From: Ministeria vibrans ATCC 50519
Lineage: Eukaryota; Protista; Filasterea
DNA: 48,567 bases
NCBI GenBank assembly: GCA_943704425.1
Contig: CALSCP010001831.1
Span: 1-48,567, forward strand
Reading direction: 5' to 3'
Shown: in pieces, positions 15,596 through 29,802 of the stretch
How the letters are laid out: every line of letters begins with the position of its first letter
Position numbering within the stretch: position 1 is the stretch's first letter
Position numbers and translations under genes: made by a program
Notes under the pieces: generated by a model
The model's database searches: none
The model's input: only the letters and a program-made list of their open reading frames with translations
What the model was told of the DNA's origin: nothing

Positions 15596-16513
15596 GAATA
15601 ATAAAAATAAAAAATAATAATTATTATTATTATTATTATTATTATTAAGAAAGTAACATAGAGAATCGAGAGCTGCGCACTTAATGTCAAAACAAGACTT
15701 ATTATTATTATTATTATTATTATTATAATAATATTATTATTATAATTATTTTACGACTATTGAGGTGAAATCGTACCGTCTCGATGAACTTAGCCTCGCC
15801 CTCAATCGTGTGAACTTCAGTGAAGCTTCCTGGGTAGGTCGTGAGCATCTGTAAAACACTGGAGGAAAATCTATTCATGCCAAGGTCGATGTACACACGA
15901 CGACCTGTCGAGGTTGTGCGTCGGCTGCGACCGAGAAACGATCCTCGCATTTGCTCCTTCCAGGAAATGAGCGGGGGCCCAATGCCGCCTAAGGCAGCTT
16001 TCTACAGGGAACTTGAGACATTGGTATATATATCCTACTCCAATCGAGAGTCAGGATTCTGGACATTACCGCTCGGTTTTGCATGAAGGGCAAGCGAAAG
16101 TAATTTTTCGGATCGAGTGTGTCCACGAGACACATCTCGCCTTTGTCAACGGCTGCAAGCACCTCAGAAACACTCGCACGACCATCACTGTCCTGAAGCT
16201 CCTGAAGCACACAGCTCCAGTGAGACTCAGTCGCCATTGGTTTAGGATTTTGCAAATCAACGTCGGTGAAGGAGTCGACAAAGCCCTTTTGCATGCAGTG
16301 ATCCGGGACGTCAAAGATTGGTTGCCACCAGGAGGCGAACCTGTCGCGGGGGTAGAGTGTCGAGTGTATTGACTCGCTCTTTGTTGTTGGCATTGGGTCA
16401 GCAACGGGGTCAATGCCACCAACGGGGCAATGGCAGGGCTGGTACAGCGAGGTGAGCAGACACGACAGAACACCACCGAGCACGAATGGGACTACACTCC
16501 CACCAAAACGCAT
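14899..16513 (-). CDS. Type-II membrane FkbM-like (Methyltransf_21) SAM-dependent methyltransferase, 4 exons
   Basis: N-terminal hydrophobic anchor MRFGGSVVPFVLGGVLSCLLTSLY; RVYIDLGMN; EVHTIEG; DDFVVLKMDVEGHE|YALL; LIDEAYLEIH; ends RNRGLRVLLWP*. Confidence 0.8.
15500..15750. repeat. (TAA)n/(TTA)n microsatellites enclosing a 41-bp dispersed element (15658-15698)
   Basis: atagagaatcgagagctg..act.aatgtcaaaacaagac also occurs at 30816-30854. Confidence 0.8.
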
Positions 16514-16889
16514 TTTCTACTGCGGGATGTATGCAACAAAGATAAAGACGCTTGTGGGAACAATTGGCCGTGGANNNNNNNNTTTTTTTTGCTTTGTTTT
16601 TTCCTGTAACCTCCGTGTCGCTCTTTCGTGTATTTCCACCGCCCCATCTGCGGCTTGGCGTCAGTATGAGCTCATGCTCGCACGCTGATGACCTCATATC
16701 GTTTGTTTCTTGAGTTATTTTGAGAGAATCAAAAGTTTTTTTTTTTTTCTTGATCTTTTTATAAACGATTTGCTCGTTACGTCGACTGACTTGTGCGTGA
16801 CGTTGTAGACGTCCTCTGTAACGGGAGGGGCGGTAAGTAGCGACAATAAGAAGAAGAAGAAGAAGGGGGACGGTGCGGGGGACGGCAAG

Positions 16890-19730
<2,841 letters not shown>

Positions 19731-19978
19731 TCTCCGCTTCCTTCGTTCCTTCTATTATTTTTTTTCTGGTGTTTGTTTCCCGTTTGTGAGTTTTTTTTGT
19801 GTTCGTTTGTTGTGTTTTTCTCCATCTTTGTTTTTTGGCTTTCTTTTTGTGTTTCTCCCGTTCCTTTGTCCTGCTTCTCTTATTTACATTCTTTTTCAGT
19901 GTGTGAGAGAATACAAAAACATGTGATGTTTTTATTATTAATACTTATTTTAATAATTATTATGATTATCGTGCGTGG

Positions 19979-21334
19979 TTATTCGCCAAAGAGCTTTCTT
20001 CTGGCGCGCATTCGAGGCTGAGACTGGAGGAGAGATGGGTCGGGAAGGGATCTCTTGCGGCGGAGGGTGGGGGGAGGAGGGGCGGGAGCCGGGGAGTGTG
20101 GGGCCGGGGGCGCAACGGTAGTGGGGGCCAGGAAGGCGGAGGCGTAAAGAAGATCGTGGTCGCTGTCGTTACTTTCCGGGTTGGGTAGGGATGGTGTGGG
20201 GGGAGGGGCCTGTGTGGGGTCGAGACGCACGCGGACGGGACTTACGACACGCCCGCCGTTGCCGAGAGTAAAGCGGAGGCGACGATGGCTCATGGCAGTG
20301 CTGCTATGCGGGGGAGCGTACAGTTGTGCCTCGAGAAGATCACGATGGCGCAGGGGCGGCGACAGAGGTCCCACAAACGCCGCTTCGGCTTCTTTTTCGT
20401 CTTGTTGTTCGTCGTCATTGTCGAGGTCCTCCTCGTTGGCCTTTCTAGTGCTTCGCGGGGGTGTCAGGTAGAGAGTGCGTCTGAAAGAGGAGGAGGAGCC
20501 GGAGCCGAGGCACGACTGCACGGCTGTGACGTGACCGGCGTTTGTGCACGCTGTGTCTTGCAGCACAGCCCCATCAGCATCCTTGTCTGATACGGGGCCC
20601 TGCTTGGCGGACGAGTCCAGCAAGTCCAATGCAATGGGCAGAGCGGGCGCCGGGTGTCTCACGGGCGTCGGCGAGGCGGATGTGGTGGGAGTGGGTTTGG
20701 TCGGCGAATGAGCGAGCGTTGACGTCGTCGAGTCTGATCGTGCGAGGATTGAGGGCGATCGCACCGACGCCGCGCGCGCAGGGAGCACGCAGTGCGGCGT
20801 AGAGGCGCTGGCGAGGGCGAGCGAGCCGTGCAGCGCGCGCGTTGAGCGGTGATCAAACGTCTCGCGCGGAAAGGTATGTGCAAGAATCTTTCGTCGCCTC
20901 TCAGCGCGTTGCCGGAGCGCCGTCACGCGTTTTGTTGCCCCGGCACTGCCGATGTTTGTGCCTCGTATTGCAGGCTCCAAAGACGTGTCGTGTGATCGCT
21001 GGATTCGCGCCTGAAATGCGAACCGGCATTTTTTTTTGTTATTCCAAGACGAAAAAACAGAAAAAAAAAAAACAAAGAGAGATTCAATGAGAAATGAGGG
21101 AAAGGAAAGGACGCGAACCTTGGCATAGAGAGAGTCAATGGCCGTGCTTGGTCGATTCTGAGCGTCTGCAGCCTCGCTACACTGTCCGTTCAAAGAGAAA
21201 TCCCAAGTGAGTCGGTCTTTTCATTTGCTCAAACGATGACGTACGGTGACCACGGAGCGATCGGGCGAGGGCTGGGCCGCATACGGAAGAACTGTGCCTC
21301 TGTACAGGCCGAAAAAGGCACTGCGAGAGGTCAT
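19979..21334 (-). CDS. Hypothetical Pro/Ser/Thr-rich disordered protein (3 exons) ending in RARRKLF
   Basis: MTSRSAFFGLYRG...VVT|CSEAA...LYAK|ARIQRSH... joins in frame by GT-AG into the long GC-rich ORF. I recognise no domain. Confidence 0.55.
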
Positions 21335-21646
21335 ATCTTACGGCGAAGAAAAAAGATGAATTAAAAGTTATTCATTCGATTGAAATTATATTTTTGTATT
21401 CGCTGAGAGAATGTGTGACGTTGCTCGCCTGATGAAACGTCAAAACGAGTTACGAGTGGCCTGTAAAGGACTGAAGGCAGTGAGACGGTCCTGTTCTGGA
21501 GGTGGGGGTTGGATCGGACGGGGTTGTGCCTTTACGTTTCAATCATCCACCAATCATCTGGGGCCCAGATGAGTTAACCGTTAGTGAACTTTAAAACTTA
21601 TGTCTTATGCGAACATTTCTTTATTTGTGTTCCTCGCGCTCGCACG

Positions 21647-21843
21647 ATGAGCAGAAGACTAGGGAGTGGATTTGAGCCGTCGAAGCAGTGGCGGGTGATT
21701 GCGGTGGCTCTGGCGCTGGTTGTGGCGGGAACAGTGTTGTATGCGCGGTCGGAGATTGCAACGCTCAGCGAGCTGGTACGGGGCGGAGGGGTGTTGCTGG
21801 GGCTGCATGTGGAGGGGCGGGGGGTGTGGTTCTGACTGTGGGG

Positions 21844-21883
<40 letters not shown>

Positions 21884-23234
21884 TCCGCGCAGACCAAGAC
21901 CCTCACTGCGCGCATTGACGAGCTGCAGACGGCCAAAGGTGCAGGCGACGCGCACATCCGGCCCTGGTACTGACTGTGTTCCTTGTAGAGATTGGCGCGG
22001 CACAAGCGGCGGCGAAACTGGCGGCTGCTCAAGGTAGAGGGGAGACACGTCGGGAGAAAAAAACGAACGGCCTTTTTCTCTTTTCTCTTTTTCACATGTT
22101 TAGACGAGGCGAGGGAACGATCGCGGCGGGGAGAAGCAGACTTGGAGAAACTACGCACGGAAGTTGCCGCCAGCGAGAAAGAAATTGGTATGATGTTGTG
22201 CGAGTGAGTGAGTGAGTGAGATGGATGAAGAACGTCTCGTTTTGTCTGGCCACAGCGAGTCTTCAGGCACAGCTGACCGATTGCGAGCTCGTGTCCAAGT
22301 TGGTCAAGGTACAACGTTGGTTTGGGGTGCAGAGAGAGAGATAGAGAACGAGTGAGAAGCGCACCGAATCTGACGAGCGTATCTTTTGTGGGGTCGTTTT
22401 TGTGCTTGACAGGAAAATGAGATGCAAATGACAGAGAAGGAGGCGGAGTTGACGCGGTGTCGCGAGGAGTATGACGAAGTGCAAATTGCAAGTGAGCAAG
22501 CGCGACACGAGTCGGTGCAGCTGTCGCGAGACTTGCGACTGTGCGAAGAGGAAGGAGAGAAGAAGAGGGCAGGAGGCGAGGCGAACAAGGGTGAACGAGA
22601 GGGGGAGACGAAGACGAAGGGGAAAGGGAGAGGGAAAACGGCAAAGGCGGATGATGAAGGGGAGCAAGGACATTTGGAGGAGGCACGGTACCGTGGAGTG
22701 AAGCATTCGCTGGAGCCGCCACGGGAAGGCGATGAGAGTACGGCGAAGGAGGAGGAGGTGCCGGTGTTGCCGATGAAGGAGGAGGGCGACAGTGAGACGG
22801 GGGAGACGGACGACAGTGAGAGTGAGAGTGAGAGTGAGAGTGCGGATGAGCTGGAGGGTGCGGAGGCAGAGGCGGACGGCAGTGAGTTTTCTGAGTCGTC
22901 TGAGTCCGACGACGACGCCTCTGAGTTGTCAGAGTCTGAGCCTGAACCTGAGGTTGAGCTTGAGGTTGTGGAACGGCGGTCGGTTGGACAGCAGGCGAGT
23001 GAAGGAGGAGAAGGAGGGGAGCAAGTGGGAGGAGAAGAGGAAGGGAGTGCTGAGCTGGCGTTAAGTGGTGGACGAGTGTTACGGCGCGTGGATGCGCATG
23101 CCAAGCAGAAGCAGAAGAGGGGTGGTTTGAAGAGTAAGAAGAAGCCGGAGCTGAAGAAGAAGCTGAACCTGACGCACCACGAGAGAGTACAAAGTCGTGT
23201 GCAGCGGGGAGTGGGTAGTGGGGGAATGCATTAA
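21647..23234 (+). CDS. Type-II membrane protein with luminal coiled coil and acidic region (GOLM1/GOLIM4-like architecture), about 6 exons
   Basis: MSRRLGSGFEPSKQWR, then TM (VIAVALALVVAGTVLY), in-frame heptad-rich small exons, and a Glu/Ser-rich last exon. Confidence 0.6.
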
Positions 23235-23304
23235 ACTGAACTTTATTACAAAACACGACAAAAGAGGAAAGGACAGAGGAAGAGAGGAAGAGTAGGGAGA
23301 TAGA

Positions 23305-23311
23305 AACAAAG

Positions 23312-23400
<89 letters not shown>
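23305..23400. repeat. AACAAAGTGATAG followed by (GA)n between convergent 3' ends
   Basis: Seen directly. Confidence 0.9.
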
Positions 23401-23402
<2 letters not shown>

Positions 23403-23440
23403 ATCATCGCAGTCATGGACACGCATTCACATACGCGCGA

Positions 23441-23842
23441 CTACTTTTGTTCTGCGTCGGGGGTGTAGCCAAGGGATTCGACAAAGGCGGGCAGTTTGTC
23501 CGTCTTCTGCATCTCGATGATCACATCTGCTCCGCCCACAAGTTCGCCGTTGGTGTACAGTTGCGGGAAGGTGGGCCACTCGCTGTACTCTTTGGCGCCC
23601 TCACGGATGTCCTGGTTGTCGAGGACGTTGACCGTCTGGATGTCGTTGGGAGGGACACCTGAAAGCGAAATGCGCCGAGATGAGTTGGTCAGGACAGCAG
23701 GCTGCACGCAAGCGGGGGGCGGAACGTACCATACATGGTGAGCAGCTGGCCCACTGCTCGGCTGAAGCCACACATGGGCGAGTCCAGAGAACCCTTCATG
23801 AACAGGACAATTTTGTGTTCCTTGACCGTCTGAGAGAGAGAA

Positions 23843-23887
<45 letters not shown>

Positions 23888-24056
23888 ACGGTGAGCACGA
23901 CAGGAGAGCCACAGCAACACGGGGCACCTTCTCGATCCACTCCTGCACGTTCTTCTCGTCGACATGCGCTGTTGCGAGTGCGGCGTAGTTTCGAAGAGTG
24001 GCGTGACGCGCTGCCACGAGCGACGACGACGCGCGTTGGCTGGCAAAGCGGAGCAT
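23441..24056 (-). CDS. GLRX5: Mitochondrial monothiol glutaredoxin (CGFS), 3 exons
   Basis: Presequence-like MLRFASQRASSSLVAARH; IVLFMKGS..SPMCGFSRAV; IREGAKEYSEWPTFPQLY..GELVGGADV. Confidence 0.95.
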
Positions 24057-24195
24057 GGTGTATTTGGAAAGATGTGTGAGCAGAATAGAGTGAATAAGGA
24101 ACAATAGAATGTCAAAATGAGGAGTTGAGTAGTCGTTTAGTCATGACAAAAAGTCACAATACTCGTTATCAAAATTACAATTATTTTTATTTGAT

Positions 24196-26466
24196 ATGGA
24201 AGATGCTCTTGCTGCGCTCTCGTTGGGCCCCGACGAGTCCGTGGCAGATTGGGTAGCGACTCTGTCGACGTCTCGTCTGCTGGAGGAGCTGAAAAAGCGC
24301 GGCGAGAAGACAGGGCCGGTGAACAAGCGAACGCGACCGCTGTTTGAAAAGCGTCTGCTTGCCGCCATGGGTGCCAGTGATTCGGTGCGCTCGGCGGCGT
24401 CGCTGGCCGCGGCGGGCTGCACCGCATCCACCCCTCCTGCTTCTGCTGCTGCTGCCCCGGCCACCCCCTCCGCACCCGCCGCCGCCGCCGCAGCAGCAGC
24501 AGCAGCAGAGGCAGCGCAAGAGGCGCCTCTTTCAAACACCGCGCTCTTTGTCGTCGTCGTCGCTGGTCGCCCTCAGCTCGTCGAGCATTTCCGCGATGTT
24601 TTGGGTCTGCTCAAGGAGCACGGGGGAGGCGCACACTTTTTCAAGCACGCCACGGCCGAGGCGGCGCGCGAGCGGTTCGCGCGCCTCCAGGACAGTCCGG
24701 CGACGACGCAGCCGGCGACTCCGCGCGCGCGCAGTCTCAACCGCGATCCCGATTTGCCAAGCATGCTGGCGTTTCGCAAAGCCCTCGAGATGGGCGACGT
24801 GGCACGCTGCGAGCAGCTGCTGACTGAGATGCCGCGACTGCTCGTTGCCAAAAACGGTCGGCTGTTTGAGCTACATGCAGGCAAGCGACTGACTGCGTTG
24901 CACATTGCTTGCGAAGGATCGACCCAGAACCAAGCACGATTGCTGCGCTTTCTGTTGGACACGCTTGCAAGCGACCGCTACTGGGAGTGCTGGCGGGCGT
25001 TTGCGGAGCGAGTGGGCGCTGTGGATACAACGTTGCGTGCACGACGAAACATGGGCGACTATGTCAATGCCGAGGACGACTTGCACAACACGGCGCTGCA
25101 CTATGCTTCTCGCTACGGCCTTGTAGCGTGTGTTGAAATGCTTGTGGCAACGCCCGGCATTGATCTGTACGTGCTCAACACGAACCAAAAGGCCGAGATG
25201 GTCGTGGAGACACCCCGACGGCAAACGGCACGCGACTGTGCATGTGGTCTGTCGGGCTCGACCGCGACACGCACGCGCATCCAGCAGATCCTTGACGACC
25301 AGTGGATGATACCGCTGCTGCGCGATGCCACGTCCATGCCCATCGTGGCCGAGCCCATTGATCGCACGGTCGAGCTGGATATTCGAGTGGGGGCTCTGGT
25401 GGAGTGCTCGGATGAGCCTGACTCGCCCGACGAGCGAGCACTGCCGTCGTCACTGTCGCCACCCTCCAATACGCCCAGCACCAACAGCATCAGCAACAGT
25501 CCAGCGCAGCTCCAGTCGCCCTTGACAATGGCGATGGCGAGCAACAGTGCGCTCTCGCGGCTGGATGAGCCCCAGACACCGTCGCCATCGCCGCACCGTC
25601 GTCGTGTTGCCTCGCCTGCGTCGCGCGGTGGCAGTGCGCGCTCGTCGCCCCGCTCTGCTCTTGATCCCGAACTCAAAGTGCAAGCAATGATGGGTCCGAT
25701 GAGTCGAGCGAGTGCGGCCGAGCTGTGCCAGTCGTGGCGGCGGACACCGCCTCGTCGACGAAACAAGGGAGGGGGCGAGTCATCGGGCGGTGTGGCGAGT
25801 GAAAGTGTGCGAGTGCTACGTGTGACAGATGCGGAGCGAGGCCTGGAGCGAGTGGGTCGGGGACTGGCGCGAGAGCGAGGTGTGGAGTGGCTGGAGGTGT
25901 GGGCGTGGCTGCGGGATGGACGGCTGGACGGACGGGGCGAGGAGGATGACGGGGTGGTCGAGCGGCTGCTCGAAACACATCTGACGCGCACAGGGGCACC
26001 GTTTGTAAATGGGGAGGAGGCGAGCGAGGAAGACTCGACGTTGTTTCGACGCTTGCGCGATCGGTCGTTTGGGGAGGGATCGCGGGTGCGCGAGTGGGGA
26101 GTGCGCGTGGCACAGCGGATTGTGGAGCATGGCGTGCACGAGGGGGCATGGCCTCGGGCGGTAGGGGCGGCGGATTTGGGAACGGCGCAGGGACGCCGGC
26201 AGCTGGAAATGCACCTCTCCAAGACAGGCGAAGGGTTTGTGTGGGGTGGCAGTGTGACCCTGGACGACTATCTGGCGTGGGTGGCGGTGGGGGAACACAC
26301 GCGCAGTGGTGGGGACAGTGATGGAGGTGGGGCGTTGACGGCGGAGTGGCGGGCGCGGGTGGGGGAGCGGGTGGAGCGGTACCCGCGCGTGTACGGAGCA
26401 GACCGGGCGCAGTGGCCGCGCGGAGTGGCGCGCCGACGATTGCGCTATGACGACGACGACGACTAA
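24196..26466 (+). CDS. ANKLE2: ANKLE2/LEM4-like protein (LEM, Caulimovirus-like domain, ankyrin repeats, conserved C-domain), intronless
   Basis: LEM motif LSTSRLLEELKKRGEKTGPVNKRTRPLFEKRL; ankyrin TALHIAC and NTALHYASRYG..CVEML; ANKLE2 motifs AMMGPMS...W..TP, DAERGLERVGRGLA...WLEVWAWL and DLGTAQGRRQLE. Confidence 0.85.
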   Translation: MEDALAALSLGPDESVADWVATLSTSRLLEELKKRGEKTGPVNKRTRPLFEKRLLAAMGASDSVRSAASLAAAGCTASTPPASAAAAPATPSAPAAAAAAAAAAEAAQEAPLSNTALFVVVVAGRPQLVEHFRDVLGLLKEHGGGAHFFKHATAEAARERFARLQDSPATTQPATPRARSLNRDPDLPSMLAFRKALEMGDVARCEQLLTEMPRLLVAKNGRLFELHAGKRLTALHIACEGSTQNQARLLRFLLDTLASDRYWECWRAFAERVGAVDTTLRARRNMGDYVNAEDDLHNTALHYASRYGLVACVEMLVATPGIDLYVLNTNQKAEMVVETPRRQTARDCACGLSGSTATRTRIQQILDDQWMIPLLRDATSMPIVAEPIDRTVELDIRVGALVECSDEPDSPDERALPSSLSPPSNTPSTNSISNSPAQLQSPLTMAMASNSALSRLDEPQTPSPSPHRRRVASPASRGGSARSSPRSALDPELKVQAMMGPMSRASAAELCQSWRRTPPRRRNKGGGESSGGVASESVRVLRVTDAERGLERVGRGLARERGVEWLEVWAWLRDGRLDGRGEEDDGVVERLLETHLTRTGAPFVNGEEASEEDSTLFRRLRDRSFGEGSRVREWGVRVAQRIVEHGVHEGAWPRAVGAADLGTAQGRRQLEMHLSKTGEGFVWGGSVTLDDYLAWVAVGEHTRSGGDSDGGGALTAEWRARVGERVERYPRVYGADRAQWPRGVARRRLRYDDDDD

Positions 26467-26598
26467 GGAGCGACCGGGGAAGGGGGTGTACTGTACCAAG
26501 TGACGCGAATTTATATAGAATATATAATTAATTTTACAGTTGATGGGAGGTCCATGCGATTATTTTTTTCGCAGACGTGAGAGTGTGCTTGTGTGTGG

Positions 26599-27534
26599 TC
26601 ACGGCTCTTCTCCGTCATCTTCGAGATGCTACAAAAAAAAAGAAAGATAGAAGGAGGGGGATGAGTGAAAGAGAGAGCACACACTGTGCGTTGCTTACCG
26701 GGTCGATTTTGACTTCTTCGTCTTCGCCCCACTGGACGAGAGAATCCACTTGAAAAAGAAGGGCCGAGACGGAATCGTCGTCGGAGACATCGAGAGGAAC
26801 AAAGGAGACACAGGAGTAGTCGTCAATAAGGGAGGCAAGCTGATGGTTGAAGCGAGCAAAGCCAGGACGAACAGGAAGGGACGGCTGAGCCAGGTCGGAG
26901 AGGAGTCGGTGCGTGTCGGCCGTGAGAAAGCTGCGAGAAGGGGAGTGATGAAGATCAGGTGGCGTGGGGTGGCATGGAGGGTACGAACCGTTCCAGGTTG
27001 GAATAGGCCTTTTGACGTTTGTCAAGGAGATCGATTTTGGTGAGGACACTGAGCTGGGGCAGATCGAGCTGGATCATGGCAGCGAGGGTGGCGACAGTGG
27101 CGCCGAGGAACTTGCTGGGGTCGCGCGAGAAGTGTGCTGCGTCAATGAGAAACACACCGGCCATACGGTAGTCGTAATCCTGCGGTGGAAGGTGGAGGGA
27201 AGCAATTGAGTGACAAAAAGAAGGCGAATGTGAACTTTGCAACTGTGTTTTGGGTGTGTACTTGTGTGAGTGCTTTTGCGAGTTGTCTCATGATAGGAAA
27301 GTGAATGTACAGCTCGATCTGACCGGGACAGTCGAAGAGGAGGTAGTCGTCTTCAAAGCTGCCAATAGCATTGTGGAGCCATTCGATGTTGGCCAAGAGA
27401 AACCTGCAAAGGACGAGGGTCAGACGGGTGCGATGAGTGCGCTGTGCCGTACTCCATGCAGTAGATGAGACCGCCGTTGGGGCCGAATTTAAGCTCCTCT
27501 GCGACGTCGTCGAGCGAGATGAGGTCGCGAATGT
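26599..27534 (-). CDS. GPN3: GPN-loop GTPase 3, 5' exon(s) with P-loop not visible
   Basis: [28 protein letters not shown]; [16 protein letters not shown]; [19 protein letters not shown]; [10 protein letters not shown]; VQWGEDEE; ends HLEDDGEEP*. Confidence 0.9.
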
Positions 27535-27539
27535 CTACG

Positions 27540-27657
27540 AGAGTTCAAGAGAGAGTTCAAGAGAGAGAGAGAGAGTTCAAGAGAGTTCAAGAGAGAGTTC
27601 AAGAGAGTTCAAGAGAGTTCAAGAGAGAGAGAGAGTTCAAGAGAGAGAGAGAGAGAG

Positions 27658-27695
<38 letters not shown>
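27540..27695. repeat. GAGAGTTCAA-type minisatellite grading into (GA)n
   Basis: About 8 copies of gagttcaaga separated by variable GA runs. Confidence 0.9.
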
Positions 27696-27697
<2 letters not shown>

Positions 27698-27705
27698 ATA
27701 TAATA

Positions 27706-28507
27706 TTATACGTTTGGTGATGCAAGAGAGCGTGTAGTGGAGATGTTTGATGATGATTTTGCTGTTGCTGCCGCCGCTGCTGATATTGTCGACCTTGTTG
27801 ATGATGATGCTGACAGGCTGGGGCGGGGAGCGGTCTCTTCGACAGAGTCCAAGGGCGTAAGCGACAGGGTGGGCTCAACAGGGTGCATTTGTTGGAGAAG
27901 TCCTGAGAGGGAGAGAGACAGGTTTGAGACAAACGAAGGTTTGCACAATCAAGGGCTGACTTTGGAAGGGAGAGAGGAAGTAGACAAAGGGAAAGAGCAG
28001 AAGAGCGGCGACAAGAAAGCGGATTTCAATGACGAGTGGAGCGAGGGTGAGGAGGACGCAGAAGAGGAGGAAGGTGGAGGTGAGGCGTGGATCGCGCCAT
28101 CGAATCAGTCCGGCAAGTTCGTCGAGAACATTGTCTAGGGTCGCGCCAGTCTCAAGCAGGGACCGCATCCAGTTGCGATACAGCATAAGGGAGGCAGCCA
28201 CGGAGTCTGTGTCGCCGGCCAGGCCGTCGGGAGCGGGAGTCGGCTCGTGTGTGTAGGCGGCGTTAGCTTTGAAGCGAAGGTACTCGCCAGCGAGGCCTGT
28301 GCATGCCAGCGTGCCCGTCCCCACCAAGAGATACACCGGGTTGCGTGCAAGTAGCTGTATAGTGATCACCACGGGCAGCGTGACCAGCGGACGCTCCCAG
28401 CAGAGCAGCGCCAAGAGCCACTTGGGACGGAGGAGCTTTGTACACTTGCCGTGCAGTCGGTCTGCAAGGCGCACCACGGCGCCCATATCAAAGACAGGCT
28501 TTGACAT
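27706..28507 (-). CDS. Membrane protein with reticulon-like hairpins (Pex24/Pex30/protrudin/MCTP-type), 2 exons
   Basis: Two W-x-x-P-x-x-T-initiated hydrophobic hairpins (LLCWERPLVT..., LIRWRDPRLTST...) separated by an amphipathic helix (YRNWMRSLLE...LDNVLDELAG). Ser-rich tail. Confidence 0.55.
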
Positions 28508-28650
28508 GGAGTCACCCGAGAGGAAGGGAGGAGAAAGTGTTTGAGAAATGAGAATACTCAAACAGCTCTTCCTATTCACTCGCGATTCCATAAAGCACTA
28601 ATTAAAAATTTAAAATTTAAATTAAGCATTTTCTTGCGGGCGATTGTGGA

Positions 28651-29394
28651 ATGGCATCGACTGCTGCCACCTCGGAGGAAAAAACACCGAGCGATCTCAT
28701 AGGCGATGATGGTAGGAGAGGCGAACAGTGAAAAACACTCACATATTTAACATTTAACATTTGTAGCCTTTCTTGCGCCCTTTCTTGAGGATGACTGCGA
28801 CGGCGAGATGGTTGCGGTGTCGTTGATGAATGGCAAAGCGATATCGGGCACGCTGGAGCGACTGTGTGCCGGCATCGACAAGATTGACGTGGAATTGAAA
28901 AGCCAAGTGGCGCTGCACGACGACGACCTTTTGCGTCAGGCGGAGGGCATCGAGAGCCTCGAGGTAGCTGCCTGGGCTTGAGTTGCGTCCTCTTGCTGAC
29001 ACTTGGGTGCGTTTGTGGAATGTAGAGGGCTCTTGAGACGGTGTCGAGTCGTGTGCGTACGTTGGAGACAAGCGTGAAACACCTGCGCCAGAGTGTCGTG
29101 GTGCCCTATGAGAAAGTGAGCACTTCCACACACCAGCTTGCCCGTCTCCAGACTGCGTGCGACCTTCTTCGACGCGTTCGCGAAGTACTACAACTGTGTC
29201 GTCGGCTGGAGTCGGCCGGTACGCGCGAGCTCAGCAAGGCGTCGCAGGCTCTCGGCGAACTCGAGCTTGTACTTCGGGATCCGGCGCTCGAAGGCATTGC
29301 TGTGGTCGACAAAGAGCGACCGTGGGTTGTCAGTGTGCGCGAACGCGTCGAGTCCGATGCAATGAAGACACTTGAACATGGCATGGACACACAG
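28651..29394 (+). CDS. COG5: COG complex subunit 5, N-terminal about 200 aa only (3 exons)
   Basis: LERLCAGIDKIDVELKSQVALHDDDLLRQAEGIESLE; VVPYEKV...QLARLQTACDLLRRV; RELSKASQALGEL; LEGIAVV. The last exon ends at a donor that leads into (TAA)n. Confidence 0.85.
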
Positions 29395-29449
29395 GTACAA
29401 CAAATTATTATTTTTAAAATTCTATAATTTTGACGTATAATTATACCAA

Positions 29450-29800
<351 letters not shown>

Positions 29801-29802
29801 TA

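Noticed and set aside
26599-28507. Fusion of the reticulon-like gene to GPN3
   Set aside because: The available donor (AAC|gtataa) is phase 0 but the GPN3 exon needs phase 1. The upstream ORF also has its own stop at 27706.
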